Translations under genes and position numbers: made by a program
Part shown: positions 39,200 through 51,321 of the stretch, one piece after another
Layout of the letters: each line of letters begins with the position of its first letter
Numbering within the stretch: the stretch's first letter is position 1
Assembly: GCF_006345805.1 (NCBI RefSeq)
Contig: NC_043021.1
Span: 6,696,001-6,760,000, forward strand
DNA from: Octopus sinensis
Taxonomy: Eukaryota
Direction of reading: 5' to 3'
DNA: 64,000 nt
Notes under the pieces: generated by a model
Database searches by the model: none
Seen by the model: only the letters and a program-made list of their open reading frames with translations
What the model was told of the DNA's origin: nothing

Positions 39200-40470
39200 T
39201 GTTATGATAATAATAATAATAATATGCAAAATACTCTCTATGTAATCCCAAGGTTTAAAACAAACTTTTTTTTTTAAATTTATGTATTAGACATTCACTA
39301 GTACAACACCAAAAAACCCCCCAAATATATGGCACACTAGGCATAACAACAATGTGAACTTCCAACTTGTTGTCTCTTGAGGTGTCTGAGTGAAACTTGG
39401 AGCCAACTTGTACAGACATAAAGCAAAAGTCAAACATAGAATAATAATAATAATACAGAGCCATAGTTGGTAGCCGCAATGTTATACAGACAAAATCTTT
39501 TTAATACCCAAGGGGGAAATTGCACATGGCCAGTAAGGTCTTGTGATGGTGATAGCACATCAGTGCAGGCTTAATAACTGTTCAGTTTTTTTTTTACAAG
39601 ATTTTAGATCTGCTACTTAGATTAAATTATTTTGGTCTTATGACCCTTGTGCTTTTCTTCAGGGCTTTTAGATAATTTCGTCAATGAGAGAGAGAAGTTC
39701 AAATTTAAAATGGCTGAAATTTCGTTAGTATTGCAAGAGAAAGAAGTTTTTCTATTTCTGTTTTACATAGTCACTCACCCTACTAGAAACAGCAGCCACG
39801 TTTCCCCAGTATCATTTACTACTTCCTTAAATAAGTAAGAAACAAATTAGATAATGAAATCCTGTATAACCCTATAAAGATGAAATTACAATGGCTACAA
39901 TCCCATGGACTACATATCTGTTGAATCCGGTTTGACTGGGGTTAGACTACAGATGCAACTACAGCTATCATTATATTCCATTAATTGGTATTGAGGGAGT
40001 TAACGAGACACACCTGTTTTCTGATAGATTTACTGTTGTGTAAGCATGAAAAACATGTTTCATTTACAAATGTGCTACTAATGAGGATAGCCTTGACATG
40101 GTCACTTAACATGCTTAAAATGATAGCCATACCTGCCTCTCAAATCACATTTTACTGTCTTAACCTTTTAGTATCCAAACCGGCCTTATCCAGCTCAAAT
40201 ATTCTAATATTCTATGGATTTTTTTTTTTTTTTGTAATTCAGTCTGGCCAGGTACAGCCTCTGACACCCACTGTACATTGGCATTCTAAAAAAAATCACA
40301 GGCGCAGGTGTGGCTGTGTAATAAGAAGCTTGCTTTCCAACCACATGGTTCCAGGTTCAGCTCCAGTGCAAGCAACCTTGGGCAAGTGTCTTCTACCGTA
40401 GCCTCAGGCTGACCAAAGCCTTATGAGTAGATTTGATAGACGGAAACTGAAAGAAGCCTATTGTGTACAC

Positions 40471-40671
40471 CAGTGGTTTTCAACCAGGGTTCTGCCAGTA
40501 CAGTCCAGGGGTTCCGCAAGAAGTTACAAAAATGCTAAAATTGACAGTAATTTTTAATTCTCCTGTGCAGATATGTGTGCATAAGACAATTAAATTATTG
40601 CACAGGGGTTCCTCGAGCCAGTGAAATGTTTTCTTGGGGTTCCGCTCCAGCAAAAAGTTTGAAAAGCACTG
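40471..40671. mobile_element. hAT MITE nested in SINE family A
   Basis: CAGTGGTTTTCAA...TTGAAAAGCACTG with exact 8-bp TSD GTGTACAC (40463-70, 40672-79). Confidence 0.9.
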
Positions 40672-40675
40672 GTGT

Positions 40676-40706
<31 letters not shown>

Positions 40707-40833
40707 GGAGAGTGTTGTAGTTCGCTTGAAGCATTGTGTATTGTTTGTAAAGAATAAAAAGTTTTGAATGGTACAACAATGCACTATAATACAGACAAAG
40801 GGCTATACACCCGTTGTAATTTAGTTATCCATA

Positions 40834-40877
40834 GTCTGATATGATATTTCGGAATAAAATTCCTTCTTCAGATATTC
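40834..40877 (-). ncRNA. Minimal type I hammerhead motif (antisense)
   Basis: Minus strand reads GAAUAU-CUGAAGA-A-GGAA-UUUUA-UUCC-GAAA-UAUCAU-AUC-AGAC: full core, 4-bp stem II, AUC triplet; stem I is weak. Confidence 0.6.
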
Positions 40878-41216
40878 TTAGATGGGGTCGCTGCTAGCAG
40901 TGACTCCATCTAGGAATATTAATTAATTTTACCCTTTATTGCATTTATCCTTGCATTGTTGTAGCATATATATATCAATAATAATAAAGGGTAAAATTGA
41001 TTAATTAATAATTAATAATTTTACCAAGTAGTTCGGTATGTTAAAAGAACCATTTTAGGTAAACTTATACATAAAATTTTATAATTAAGAGTATAATTAT
41101 AATTAGGGTTCAGCAATGAGTGGTGAAGCAAATTTTTGCTGAACCCCAATTAAAATTATACTCATAATTATAAAATTTTATGTATGTATATATGTATAAG
41201 TATATATGTGTGTGTG

Positions 41217-41270
<54 letters not shown>

Positions 41271-41307
41271 GTATGTATATGTATGTATGTATGTATATAT
41301 GTGTGTG

Positions 41308-41352
<45 letters not shown>

Positions 41353-41615
41353 AATGAAAGAGAAGATAGAATATACGAGACTATATTATTAATCACAACA
41401 ATTGTTTCGACACATCTAGCATCGACTCCTCTTGTGGGACACACAAAAAAAGTGGTTCAGGAGTATCCGGTGGTGCAGACGTATGTATATATGTATATAT
41501 ATATATATATATATATAACGGGAAGCTTTATGAAAATAAACAAAAGACGAAGGCAGGTGGAAAACAAACGAACAATTGTATTAGTATGGCGCTCAGGAAA
41601 TATAAATAAAACAAG

Positions 41616-41653
41616 TCTTTAACGTTTCGAGCCTACGCTCTTCAACAGAAAGA
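41616..41653 (-). ncRNA. Minimal type I hammerhead motif, A6U core variant (antisense)
   Basis: UCUUU-CUGUUGA-A-GAGC-GUAG-GCUC-GAAA-C-GUU-AAAGA; stems I and II perfect, palindromic AACGUU stem III. Confidence 0.62.
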
Positions 41654-41734
41654 TACACAGAGAGAGAAAAACACAGAAAGAAGGAGAGAAAAAAAATGCG
41701 TGCAGTAGCTAACGAATCAACGTATGTTTACATG

Positions 41735-41795
<61 letters not shown>

Positions 41796-42511
41796 TATAT
41801 ATGTTATATATATATATACGTATGTTTACATGTATGTATACATGTATATATGTATGTATATATATAAATATATATATTTGTGTGTTTGTGTCTGTTTCTC
41901 CCCCCACCCTCACTTGACAACCGATGTCGGTGTGTTTACATTCCCTGTAACTTAGCAGTTCAGCATAAGAGACAAATAGAATAAGTACAAGGTTTGCAAA
42001 GAATAAGTCCTGTGGTCGATTTCTTTTGACTAAAAAAGCCCTTAAAAGCAGTGCTCCAGCATTGCTGCAGAAGAATAAAAAAAGCAACATTGATATCTTG
42101 AAGCTACAAGGTAATAGATGATTAATTCAAAACAATGAGAAGAAAGAAGCATTACATTTGACAGAATAATCTTGAATGGCAAAGGAAGGAAATGTTGAAT
42201 GATGTAGCCTTAGACATACTGTCTGAATAAATAATTTTAAGAAATTAGATGGTCTCTTATGCCCTTACTTCATATAAAGATAGGGAGGTCCCCGTGGCTA
42301 AACCACTTAACTCAGCATCTACCGGATTAATACTGATTTAAGATTAAACAATATAATTTATCTAGGACAGAATTGTCCAGCGTTACTTTATATGTTGTTT
42401 AACCCCAGACCAAGCATAATTAAATTTACTGTGTCTGGAACACCTTTTATCACAGTGTATCTTGGACTGAATTATCATGTCCTTTCTTGTAATGAAGCAT
42501 ATATATATATC

Positions 42512-42869
42512 TTGAGGCAAGTGAGAATCAAAATCGATCAACATCAATGGAAATTGTAGCTGTGATACCAGCGCCGGTGGCATGTAAGAGAACCATCCGA
42601 ACGTGGCCGTTGCCAGCGCTGCCCCGACTGGCCTCCATGCCGGTGGCACGTAAAAAGCACCATCCGATTGTGGCCGTTTGCCAGCCTCGTCTGGCACGTA
42701 AAAAGCACCCACTACACTCACAGAGTGGTTGGCGTTAGGAAGGGCATCCAGCCATAGAAACATTGCCAGATCAGACTGGGCCTGGTGCAGCCTTCTGGCT
42801 TCCCAGACCCCAGTTGAACCGTCCAACCCATGCTAGCATGCAAAGCGGACGCTAAACGATGATGATGAT
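42512..42869 (+). mobile_element. RTE 3'-UTR-derived copy
   Basis: Same 3' UTR and tail as 50720-51321. Confidence 0.85.
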
Positions 42870-43708
42870 TATATATATATTTTTGCTGTTATTTCAAGCC
42901 AGTTGAGTGACCACATAGAGAGAATTCTTTGTTGGCTTGTTATACACAAATTATTATTATTGAGGTGCTATCTCCTGTGAAGGTCACTTAACCTGCTAGA
43001 CTCTCCTTCAAATCATTTAGTATTTTTGAAAAGAAAAGAGATTGGCAGGTCCTGTCTGTACCAGAAGCAACCTGGGGCTAAACAACATCAACATCTAAGG
43101 AGGCATTGGCTAACAATCTTTGGAATGCATACATACTGCCTGAAAGAGTGATATCTGGAATGTCTTTGATCATAGGTCAGCCTTATTAGGGCTGACGTGA
43201 GGTTAAACAATAATCTCATTAATAGGTCAGTTGAAAGACAAACAAAATACGTATATTGAAAGGGAATTTAACAAGGATCTAAATATTAAAAAATCAGGGA
43301 TCTTCATGAATGGTTTTATTGTTGTTAAAAAGAAACCAACCCAAAACATTCTGGGTCCCAGTGCAGCTCTTCCACTTACCAACCCTAGTCAAGCCTTCTT
43401 ACCCATGTTAAAATGGGAAATGGACCCTAAATGATGATGAAATATGGCTGAGAGATTTTGCTTTGAATTCAGTATATTAGTATTGGTTTTGTTGCCAAGA
43501 ATTTGGTATTGCACAGTTGGTTTTTTCGTTGTTAAGTATGGCAGACAGTTGTTGCTATGGCCTTAGTTTTATTGTTAAACAGAGCAGACAGATGTTGTTC
43601 AGAACTCGGTGTTATGTCAGTAGTATTTGCCATTTCATTTACAAAGGTTAAAATGGAAGATCTTCTTAGTGGGAGCATGTGAAGACATTTTTATTTTTAT
43701 GCTTAAAA

Positions 43709-43872
43709 GCGCAGGAGTGGCTGTGTGGTAAGTAGCTTGCTAACCAACCACATGGTTCCGGGTTCAGTTCCACTGCGTGGCATCTTGGGCAAGTGTCTTC
43801 TGCTGTAGCCCCGGGCCGACCAATGCCTTGTTAGTGGATTTGGTAGACGGAAACTGAAATAAGCCTGTCGTG

Positions 43873-43917
<45 letters not shown>

Positions 43918-44130
43918 TTGTTTGTGTGTCTGTGTTTGTCCCCCTAGCATTGCTTGACAGCCGATGCTGGTGTGTTTATGTCCCCGTTACTTAGCGGTTC
44001 GGCAAAAGAGACCGATAGAAAAAGTACTGGGCTTACAAAAAGAATAAGTCCCGGGGTCGAGTTGCTCGATCAAAGGTGGTGCTCCAGCATGGCCGCAGTC
44101 AAATGACTGAAACAAGTAAAAGAGCAAAGG
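43709..44130 (+). mobile_element. SINE family A
   Basis: Full head and tail. Confidence 0.9.
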
Positions 44131-44576
44131 AAGTGATTTTGTGTGTGTGTGTGAGTGAATGGGCTTAACAACACAAGTGTTTGTTTATTATGATTACAAA
44201 AACAGAATGAAAATTGTTTAATTTGTCACTTCGTTAGATTGTGTATGAATGAGTGTGGTGGTATGCTAATCTAACTGGTGACTGTAAAAATGAGGTGCAT
44301 TGGTACTTAAAGTTTCTTTATATAGATTGTAGTTGGGGTTTAAAGTATGAGAGGAATTTGACAAGGTTGGTGACAGTTGCAATATCCAGGAGTAGGGTTT
44401 CATGTTTTTGTGCAAATAGTTTATGGAAAGGAATGCATGGAATATGGTTCTGGAAGCATCTAATATCTATAATGAAATTGTTATTTTATAAATGTTTTGG
44501 CTTATATGAACATTTAATCCATAATTGCTAGTCTGACAAAATATATTTTATTTCACTTACGACTCTTTAGGAACTC

Positions 44577-44617
<41 letters not shown>

Positions 44618-45589
44618 CACACACACACACACACACATTCATACATATATGCACATACATGTATGTATGCATGTGTGTGTATATAAATATATGTGTATAT
44701 ATATATATATGTGAAAAAATTTGGAGTTAACAAGAAGGCATACGGTTGGACATTTATTTCCAATCACTACAATTGTTTCTATGCAATGTAGTTCCCCATG
44801 CATGCAGGTACTTGATAATGCAACTGTTTTCCTGCATTATGAGATCTAGTTAAACTCAGGCGATATATATATATATATCAAACAAGAATGTTGAATGTGA
44901 CTCAGCTGGCTGGCACTTCAGACTCACTGTCAGCAACATTCTAGTTTAAGAATGATAAATTTGTAGTCTACAAAAGTATAGAGTAACCCATCAGATTAAT
45001 GTTTAAGTAAACAAATTTTTGTAACTGAGCATAAAACAAGCATTAGTATACACATACACACACACACGCATACGTGCGTGTCCCCCTCACGTACACAAGC
45101 AGCTGAGAATTCAAGAACATTAGGTATTGTTTAGTAGGGAGTTGGGTTAGGGTTTAATGACAAAATTGATGAAGTTGGAGAGAATAAGGCTGAATGAAGA
45201 ACTGAATGTTGAATAAAGTTGAAGACTAGGTATGAAACTAGTTATTTGATATCTATGTTATAAATATTTTCACAAGATATTTCTATGTGACAAATATTGA
45301 TACCACACATTTCTTTCTACGTTATATATATTGATATCACATATTTCCGTATGACAAATATTGACACGCTGCTGTACATGTGATATATATTGTCAATATA
45401 CATTTTTCTGTATGCTATGAATGCTCATACTTTTCTCTGTGCCAAATATTGATGCAACATTCCTGTCTTATAATGTTACATGATTTTTGTTCTTTTTTAT
45501 TTGTTTTACCAGATATAAGAATTTCTGATAGCCATGGTATTTTCCTGTTCTAGGCACGTGCAGTCCAGTTGGTTCCATAACCTCTCTAA

Positions 45590-45793
<204 letters not shown>

Positions 45794-47702
45794 TAAGTTC
45801 TTCATTTTGGTTTGCTCTGTTTCAGACTTTCATTATCCGAATGTATCGCTGTCGTGGTTTATGTTTTTTCTTTCTGCAAAACTATAAATTATTTCTTAAT
45901 TAGCTATTTAATTTCTCAAGTAATTACCAGACACTACTTAATTCTTTTACTACCAGTCCACATCAGACAGCTTGTATTAAAGTGTTCAAATTTCAATTAC
46001 AATTTCAATCAAAATTTTGTTATTACATTAACGAAGACATAAAATTTCAGAAGATATCCATCTGTCTTTTAAGCTCTGTTCAAAACTTATAAACTAATCA
46101 TGTTATAATCATTCACAAAATATTCATTAAAAAAAGCAAAACAAAACAGGTAAAAATCTTTGTGCACCAACATTGCATTTCTAACAAACAGACTGCTTGT
46201 ATGTTTAATTTTTCGGCTGTGTTATTAAGAAGCTCCTTTAGGTTACCATCTGGTTTTGGATTCAGGCCCACTTCTATAGTTCTGGGCCAACCAGTGCTCT
46301 GTGAGAGAATTTGGTTGACAAAAACTGAGTGGAAGCTTGTCATATGTGTGTGCCTTTGTGTCCCTCTACCCACCTCTTGACTACAGGTGATGGTTTATGT
46401 TCCCTTAACTTAGCAGTTCAGCTAAAGATACCGATAGAATTACTACCAACTTAAAAAGTACTCTGATTTGTTTGGCTAAAACCTTTAAGACAGTGCCCCA
46501 GCATGGCCATGGAAGAATTTAATGAAATGTCTTTTACTAAATTTCATGATATCATTAATAAGATTCTGATGAAAATTTTAATTCAAATATAAACCCTTTA
46601 GTCAGCATGGCCAAAGGTGGATTTGTATCAAAAAGGATTAAGTAATATTCCCGCCACCAACATATTTTTATATTAGGTTGGATCAAATTACCTTTTTTCG
46701 GTCAACTACAGGACGAAGGCCTCAGCACATTCTCTCCAAGAACCACGGTCTGATGTGGAGGTCATGAATATGAGCTTGTGATCATACTAGTTGGATGAGC
46801 TTACTCTGTGATTTTTATGTAGGTAAAGGTACCTTCTCGATTCATACTGACTTATAAGGGCTGGCTTCTCAGCTTCCATGGCATATATATTCCCCACTTG
46901 GATGGGATGCTCATCTGTCACTGGATTTTTGGCAGCTGAGTGGACTGGAGCAATGTGAAATGAAGTGTTTTGCTCAGGAACACAACACGTTACCCAGTTT
47001 AGGAATTGAAACCACAATCTTACAATCATGAGTCCAACACCCTAACCACTAAGCCATGCACCTCCTCAGTGATGCTTATATATTTGTCCTTTATTAGTAT
47101 TCCAAACACTGAAGTGGTGAAGTTTGATCTGTGAATGTTGAGTCTCACAGAGACAATGGTAAGTGACTGAAACCTTTGACGATTAGCTGTGCTTGAGAAG
47201 ACATGTCAAGCTAAGTGAAATCATAGTTGTGCCCAGTGCTGGTGACACACAAGTGGCACCTGTGTTAGGGAGACATAAAAGGCATTCATGCTGGTGACAC
47301 GTAAAATGCACCTGTGCATATAACACATAAAAGGCATTTTTATTGGTGACACGTAAAAAAGCATCCTGTACTCTCTCTGTGGAGTGGTTGGCATTAGGAA
47401 GGGTATCCAGCTGTAGAAATTGAGCCAAATTGGCTGGAGCCCTGTGCAGTCAAACTATCAAACCCACGCTAGCATGGAGAATGGACACTAAATGACGATG
47501 ATGATGATTTTATTCTCCAGATTCCTAATTGTTTTGTTAATTAAAATGGTAGGCAGTATATTCTTTGTTGTTAAAAATATGGTAACAGAAAGGGGTTGAA
47601 CATTTCCATGATTGATTTCGTGTATTTTGGATAAGTCTTCTTGTTTTTCACAAAACTGGTTCTTTTTTTTTTTTTTTTTTTTTTTTGCTTGTTTTTCTCC
47701 AG

Positions 47703-47868
47703 AGTCAAAAGTAGTGTGCAAAGTATGGAAATCTGCCGCCGACCACAAACAATAAGTGCTTATGATCTGAATCAGAATAGTGGATCAGTGGTTGCTAACT
47801 TAGTGCCATCATCAACAGGCAATATTACAGTCACATTTAATAACCAAATCAATGGTTTGCCTCCTCAG
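47703..47868 (+). CDS. HIPK2: HIPK exon: VKSSVQSMEICRRPQTISAYDLNQNSGSVVANLVPSSTGNITVTFNNQINGLPPQ
   Basis: Long T tract + CTCCAG acceptor, GTAACA donor, 166 nt, phase 2/0; VKS...MEIC and TFNNQ motifs. Confidence 0.95.
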
Positions 47869-47936
47869 GTAACATTAACCATTTCTCACTCTCTTTTTCG
47901 CTCTTTCTCTCTTTTGCTCTCTCTCCCCTCCCTCTT

Positions 47937-47997
<61 letters not shown>

Positions 47998-48115
47998 TAT
48001 ATACATATATATATATAGTTAATCCAAACAAGAAAACACAAAAAAACACAACAACGCGAGGACGTGGAACAAATATAGTATTATTGGACGCTCAGGAAAG
48101 AAGGGAAGAAGGAGG

Positions 48116-48150
48116 GTTTAACGTTTCGAGCGGAGCTCTTCGTCGGAAAC
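48116..48150 (-). ncRNA. Minimal type I hammerhead motif, U4C core variant (antisense)
   Basis: GUUU-CCGACGA-A-GAGC-UCC-GCUC-GAAA-C-GUU-AAAC; homologous to 41616-41653. Confidence 0.65.
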
Positions 48151-48220
48151 ATAGGAGAAGGAAAGATCCCGAGAAGGGAAGACAGAGGAAAAAAATCGCC
48201 AACGGTACTCATGAGGTCAC

Positions 48221-48256
<36 letters not shown>

Positions 48257-48850
48257 CAATTTAATAAATAAAACATATGCATTCATACATACATATATGT
48301 ACATACCTACATCTATATGTATATATACATGCATATATGGGTACAGGACACCACAAACGTAGAACACAACGAGAAACGAAAACATAAAATCAAACATGGA
48401 AACGGACTTTTTTTAACAACGAAAAAACAGAGTACAAGACAAACAACACAAAGAACATTCCCCTTCTTCAGCTGCCCCTGTGTCAGTCATTTGGATATGA
48501 GGTGGAAATTTTGTTCTTATATATATATAGAAAACTGCAGTGTTGGTGGTGTATGCTAAGGCTTACAAAGCTGGAATATATTTAATATAAGCACACAAAA
48601 GTTGTGAGGATCAGATTAAAGAGGATTATTTATATATATATAATATATATATATATATATCTACATATATATAAACCTCAATCTTCTGATAATGCCTACT
48701 TAATTAAAAATCATTTGCAGTCATTTCACTTGATTTGTCAGTTAATGAAAGCTAATTTACCTTTAATATTTTTCTTAATTACTTCATTTAATTAACCCTG
48801 CAGTACTTACTTTTGTTGTTGAGAACAATCATAGAATTTTTTTTACATAT

Positions 48851-49248
48851 GCGTAGGAGTGGCTGTGTGGTAAGTAGCTTGCTTACCAACCACATGGTTC
48901 CGGGTTCAGTCCCACTGCGTGGCACCTTGGACAAGTGTCTTCTACTATAGCCTCGGGCCGACCAAAGCCTTGTGAGTGGATTTGGTAGACGGAAACTGAA
49001 AGAAGCCCGTCGTATATATGTATATATATATATATGTGTGTATGTTATGTTTGTTCTCCCCAACATCGCTTGACAACTGATGCTGGTGTGTTTATGTCCC
49101 CGTAACTTAGCAGTTCGGCAAAAGAGACCGATAGAATAAGTACTAGGCTTACAAAGAATAAGTCCTGGAGTCGATTTGCTCGACTAAAGGCGGTGCTCCA
49201 GCATGGCCACAGTCAAATGACTGAAACAAGTAAAAGAGTAAAGAGAGT
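48851..49248 (+). mobile_element. SINE family A
   Basis: Full head and tail, ending about 180 nt upstream of exon 49426. Confidence 0.9.
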
Positions 49249-49425
49249 ATACACTTAGACACACACACACACACATTCACTTATATGTATTGCTGCATAT
49301 TAAATATCCCTACACTGGCTAATGTTAGCTTCACTCGAAAGTCTCCTCTGTACTGTGCATGTTAGATTTTAATCATTACCTTTGAACTGACCAATAATGA
49401 CTTTTTCGTCTTTCTTCTGATACAG

Positions 49426-49660
49426 GTGGCATCTCAGAACTTTAGTGGAACTGCTCCTCAAGCAACAGAACTTCCATATCTTCAGTATCCAGGCCAGTCA
49501 GGCACCACGTACCTGCCCTACCAACCAGGGCCACCACAAGTTGCTACCCAACAGCTTAACCAGCAACTGCCACCACAGAGAAACAGTACTCAGTTCAATC
49601 GACATGATCCATTCCGTCAACCTTTATTACCCTCCCTGGTTGTACCTGCCCCCATTCAAG
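49426..49660 (+). CDS. HIPK2: HIPK exon, Q/P-rich: VASQNFSGTAPQATELPYLQYPGQSGTTYLPYQPGPPQ...DPFRQPLLPSLVVPAPIQ(G)
   Basis: GATACAG acceptor, G|GTAAGT donor, 235 nt, phase 0/1, open frame; DPF.Q motif as in HIPKs. Confidence 0.9.
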
Positions 49661-49920
49661 GTAAGTTTACATCTTTTCATATGTTAACTCTCCTCTGCAA
49701 CTTTCCAACCATGAGGTCCTGTGTTCAGTCTCACTGCATGGCACCTTGGGTGTCTTCTTCAGTAGCCCTGGGCTAGCAAAAGCCTCGTGAATTGATTTGG
49801 CTGATATAACTGAAAGAAGCCCATCGTGTGTGTGTATGTAGGTGCATGGCCCTGTGTACACATCTATACCTGAAGATATCCAACTAAATGTGTGTGTTTT
49901 TTACATCTAAAATAGCTTGA

Positions 49921-49967
49921 ATACTGATGATTCAAATCTAAAGCTGGATTGAAACATATGTAGGATT
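49921..49967 (+). ncRNA. Degenerate hammerhead-like motif (sense)
   Basis: CUGAUGA(49924-30)-UUCA-AAUCUA-AAGC-UGGAUU-GAAAC-AUAU-GUA; both core halves and the palindrome are present, but stem I is broken. Confidence 0.4.
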
Positions 49968-50369
49968 TTTTAGGGTTATTTCTTTGGTTATTTATTTTGT
50001 TGTTCAAGTCCCCTTATATCCTGAATCTTATCTGTATTACTTTTTCATTGTGATACTAATAAATTTAACCAAGTATCCACTATATATTTTTTCTTCATTT
50101 TCTTTTATTAACTTTATATATATATATATATATAATTATAATAAGGGCTTAGAAAAATTTTGCAGCCTATATGCTGAGAAATAGATGCTAAATTGTCCCA
50201 CCACTCAAAGAAGTCACAAACACACCTGTTGAATTCGATGCAACAAGCTAACGGAAATTTTTAATAAAATGGGTAGTTTATTCATAAACTAACTGGAAAT
50301 AAGCATAAAGTTTGAATGTTCAAATTCTTCATTCTCCCTATTATCAAATATATATATATATGTATTTAT

Positions 50370-51321
50370 AAGCTCGCTAGAAATGAAGCCAGTATGCTCC
50401 GATGGATGTGTAATGCTGGTACTCACACCGGCAGAGTGTAATTACCTTGAGAAAAAGCTGGACCTAAGAAGCATCAGTTGTGTGTGCAAGAGAGACGTTT
50501 GCGCTGGTATGGTCATGTGGCGAGAATGGATGAAGATAGTTGTGTGAAAAAGTGCCACACCCTAGCGGTGAGGGAACCTGTGGAAGAGGCAGACCCAGGA
50601 AAACCTGGGACGAGGTGGTGAAGCACGACCTTCGAACTTTAGGTCTCACTGAGGAAATGACTAGAGACCGAGACCTCTGGAAGTGTGCTGTGCGCGAGAA
50701 AGACCGGCAGGACAAGTGAGTCCACAACTCGTGGCCTCTACATGGGATGGAGCCAGCCTACGTATGCATACCTTCCCTTCTTGGGACACAAAACTCTACT
50801 TGTGAAGACGTGTTGAGGCAAGTGAGGATCAGAATCGAAATCGATCAATGGAAATTGCGGATGTGCTACCAGTGCCGGTGGCATGTCGAAACTCTGCTTG
50901 TGAAGACCCATTGAGGCAAGTGAGGATCAGAATCGAAATCGATCAATGGAAATCGATCAATGGAAATTGCAGATGTGTTACCAGTGCCGGTGGCATGTAA
51001 GAGAACTTTCCGTTTCGCGACGTTGCCAGCACCGCCCCGTTTCGTGTCCGTTGCCAGCCTCGCCTGGCCCTCGTGCCGGTGGCACATAAAACACCATCCG
51101 TTCGTGGCCGTTTGCCGCTCTGTCTGGCACCAGTGCGGGTGGCACGTAAAAAGACCCACTACACTCACGAGTGGTTGGCGTTAGAAGGGCATCCAGCCGT
51201 AAAACAACTGCCGATTTGACTGGGCCTGATGAAGCTTCTGGCTTCACAGACCCCAGTAGAACCGTCCAACCCATGCTAGCATGGAAAACGGACGCTAAAT
51301 GATGATGATGATGATGATGAT
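50370..51321 (+). mobile_element. RTE-type LINE, 5'-truncated: frameshifted RT C-terminus + 3' UTR + (GAT)n tail
   Basis: RNEASMLRWMC...ERRLRWYGHVARMDEDSCVKKCH...GRGRPRKTWDEVVKHDLRTLGLTEEMTRDRDLW; the UTR has an internal ~90-bp direct repeat (about 50800-50886 and 50898-51000); ends ccatgctagcatgga...cggacgctaaat(gat)n. Confidence 0.88.

Noticed and set aside
48455-48475. Minus-strand CUGAAGA-A-GGGGAA
   Set aside because: No complementary stem II strand or GAAA follows.
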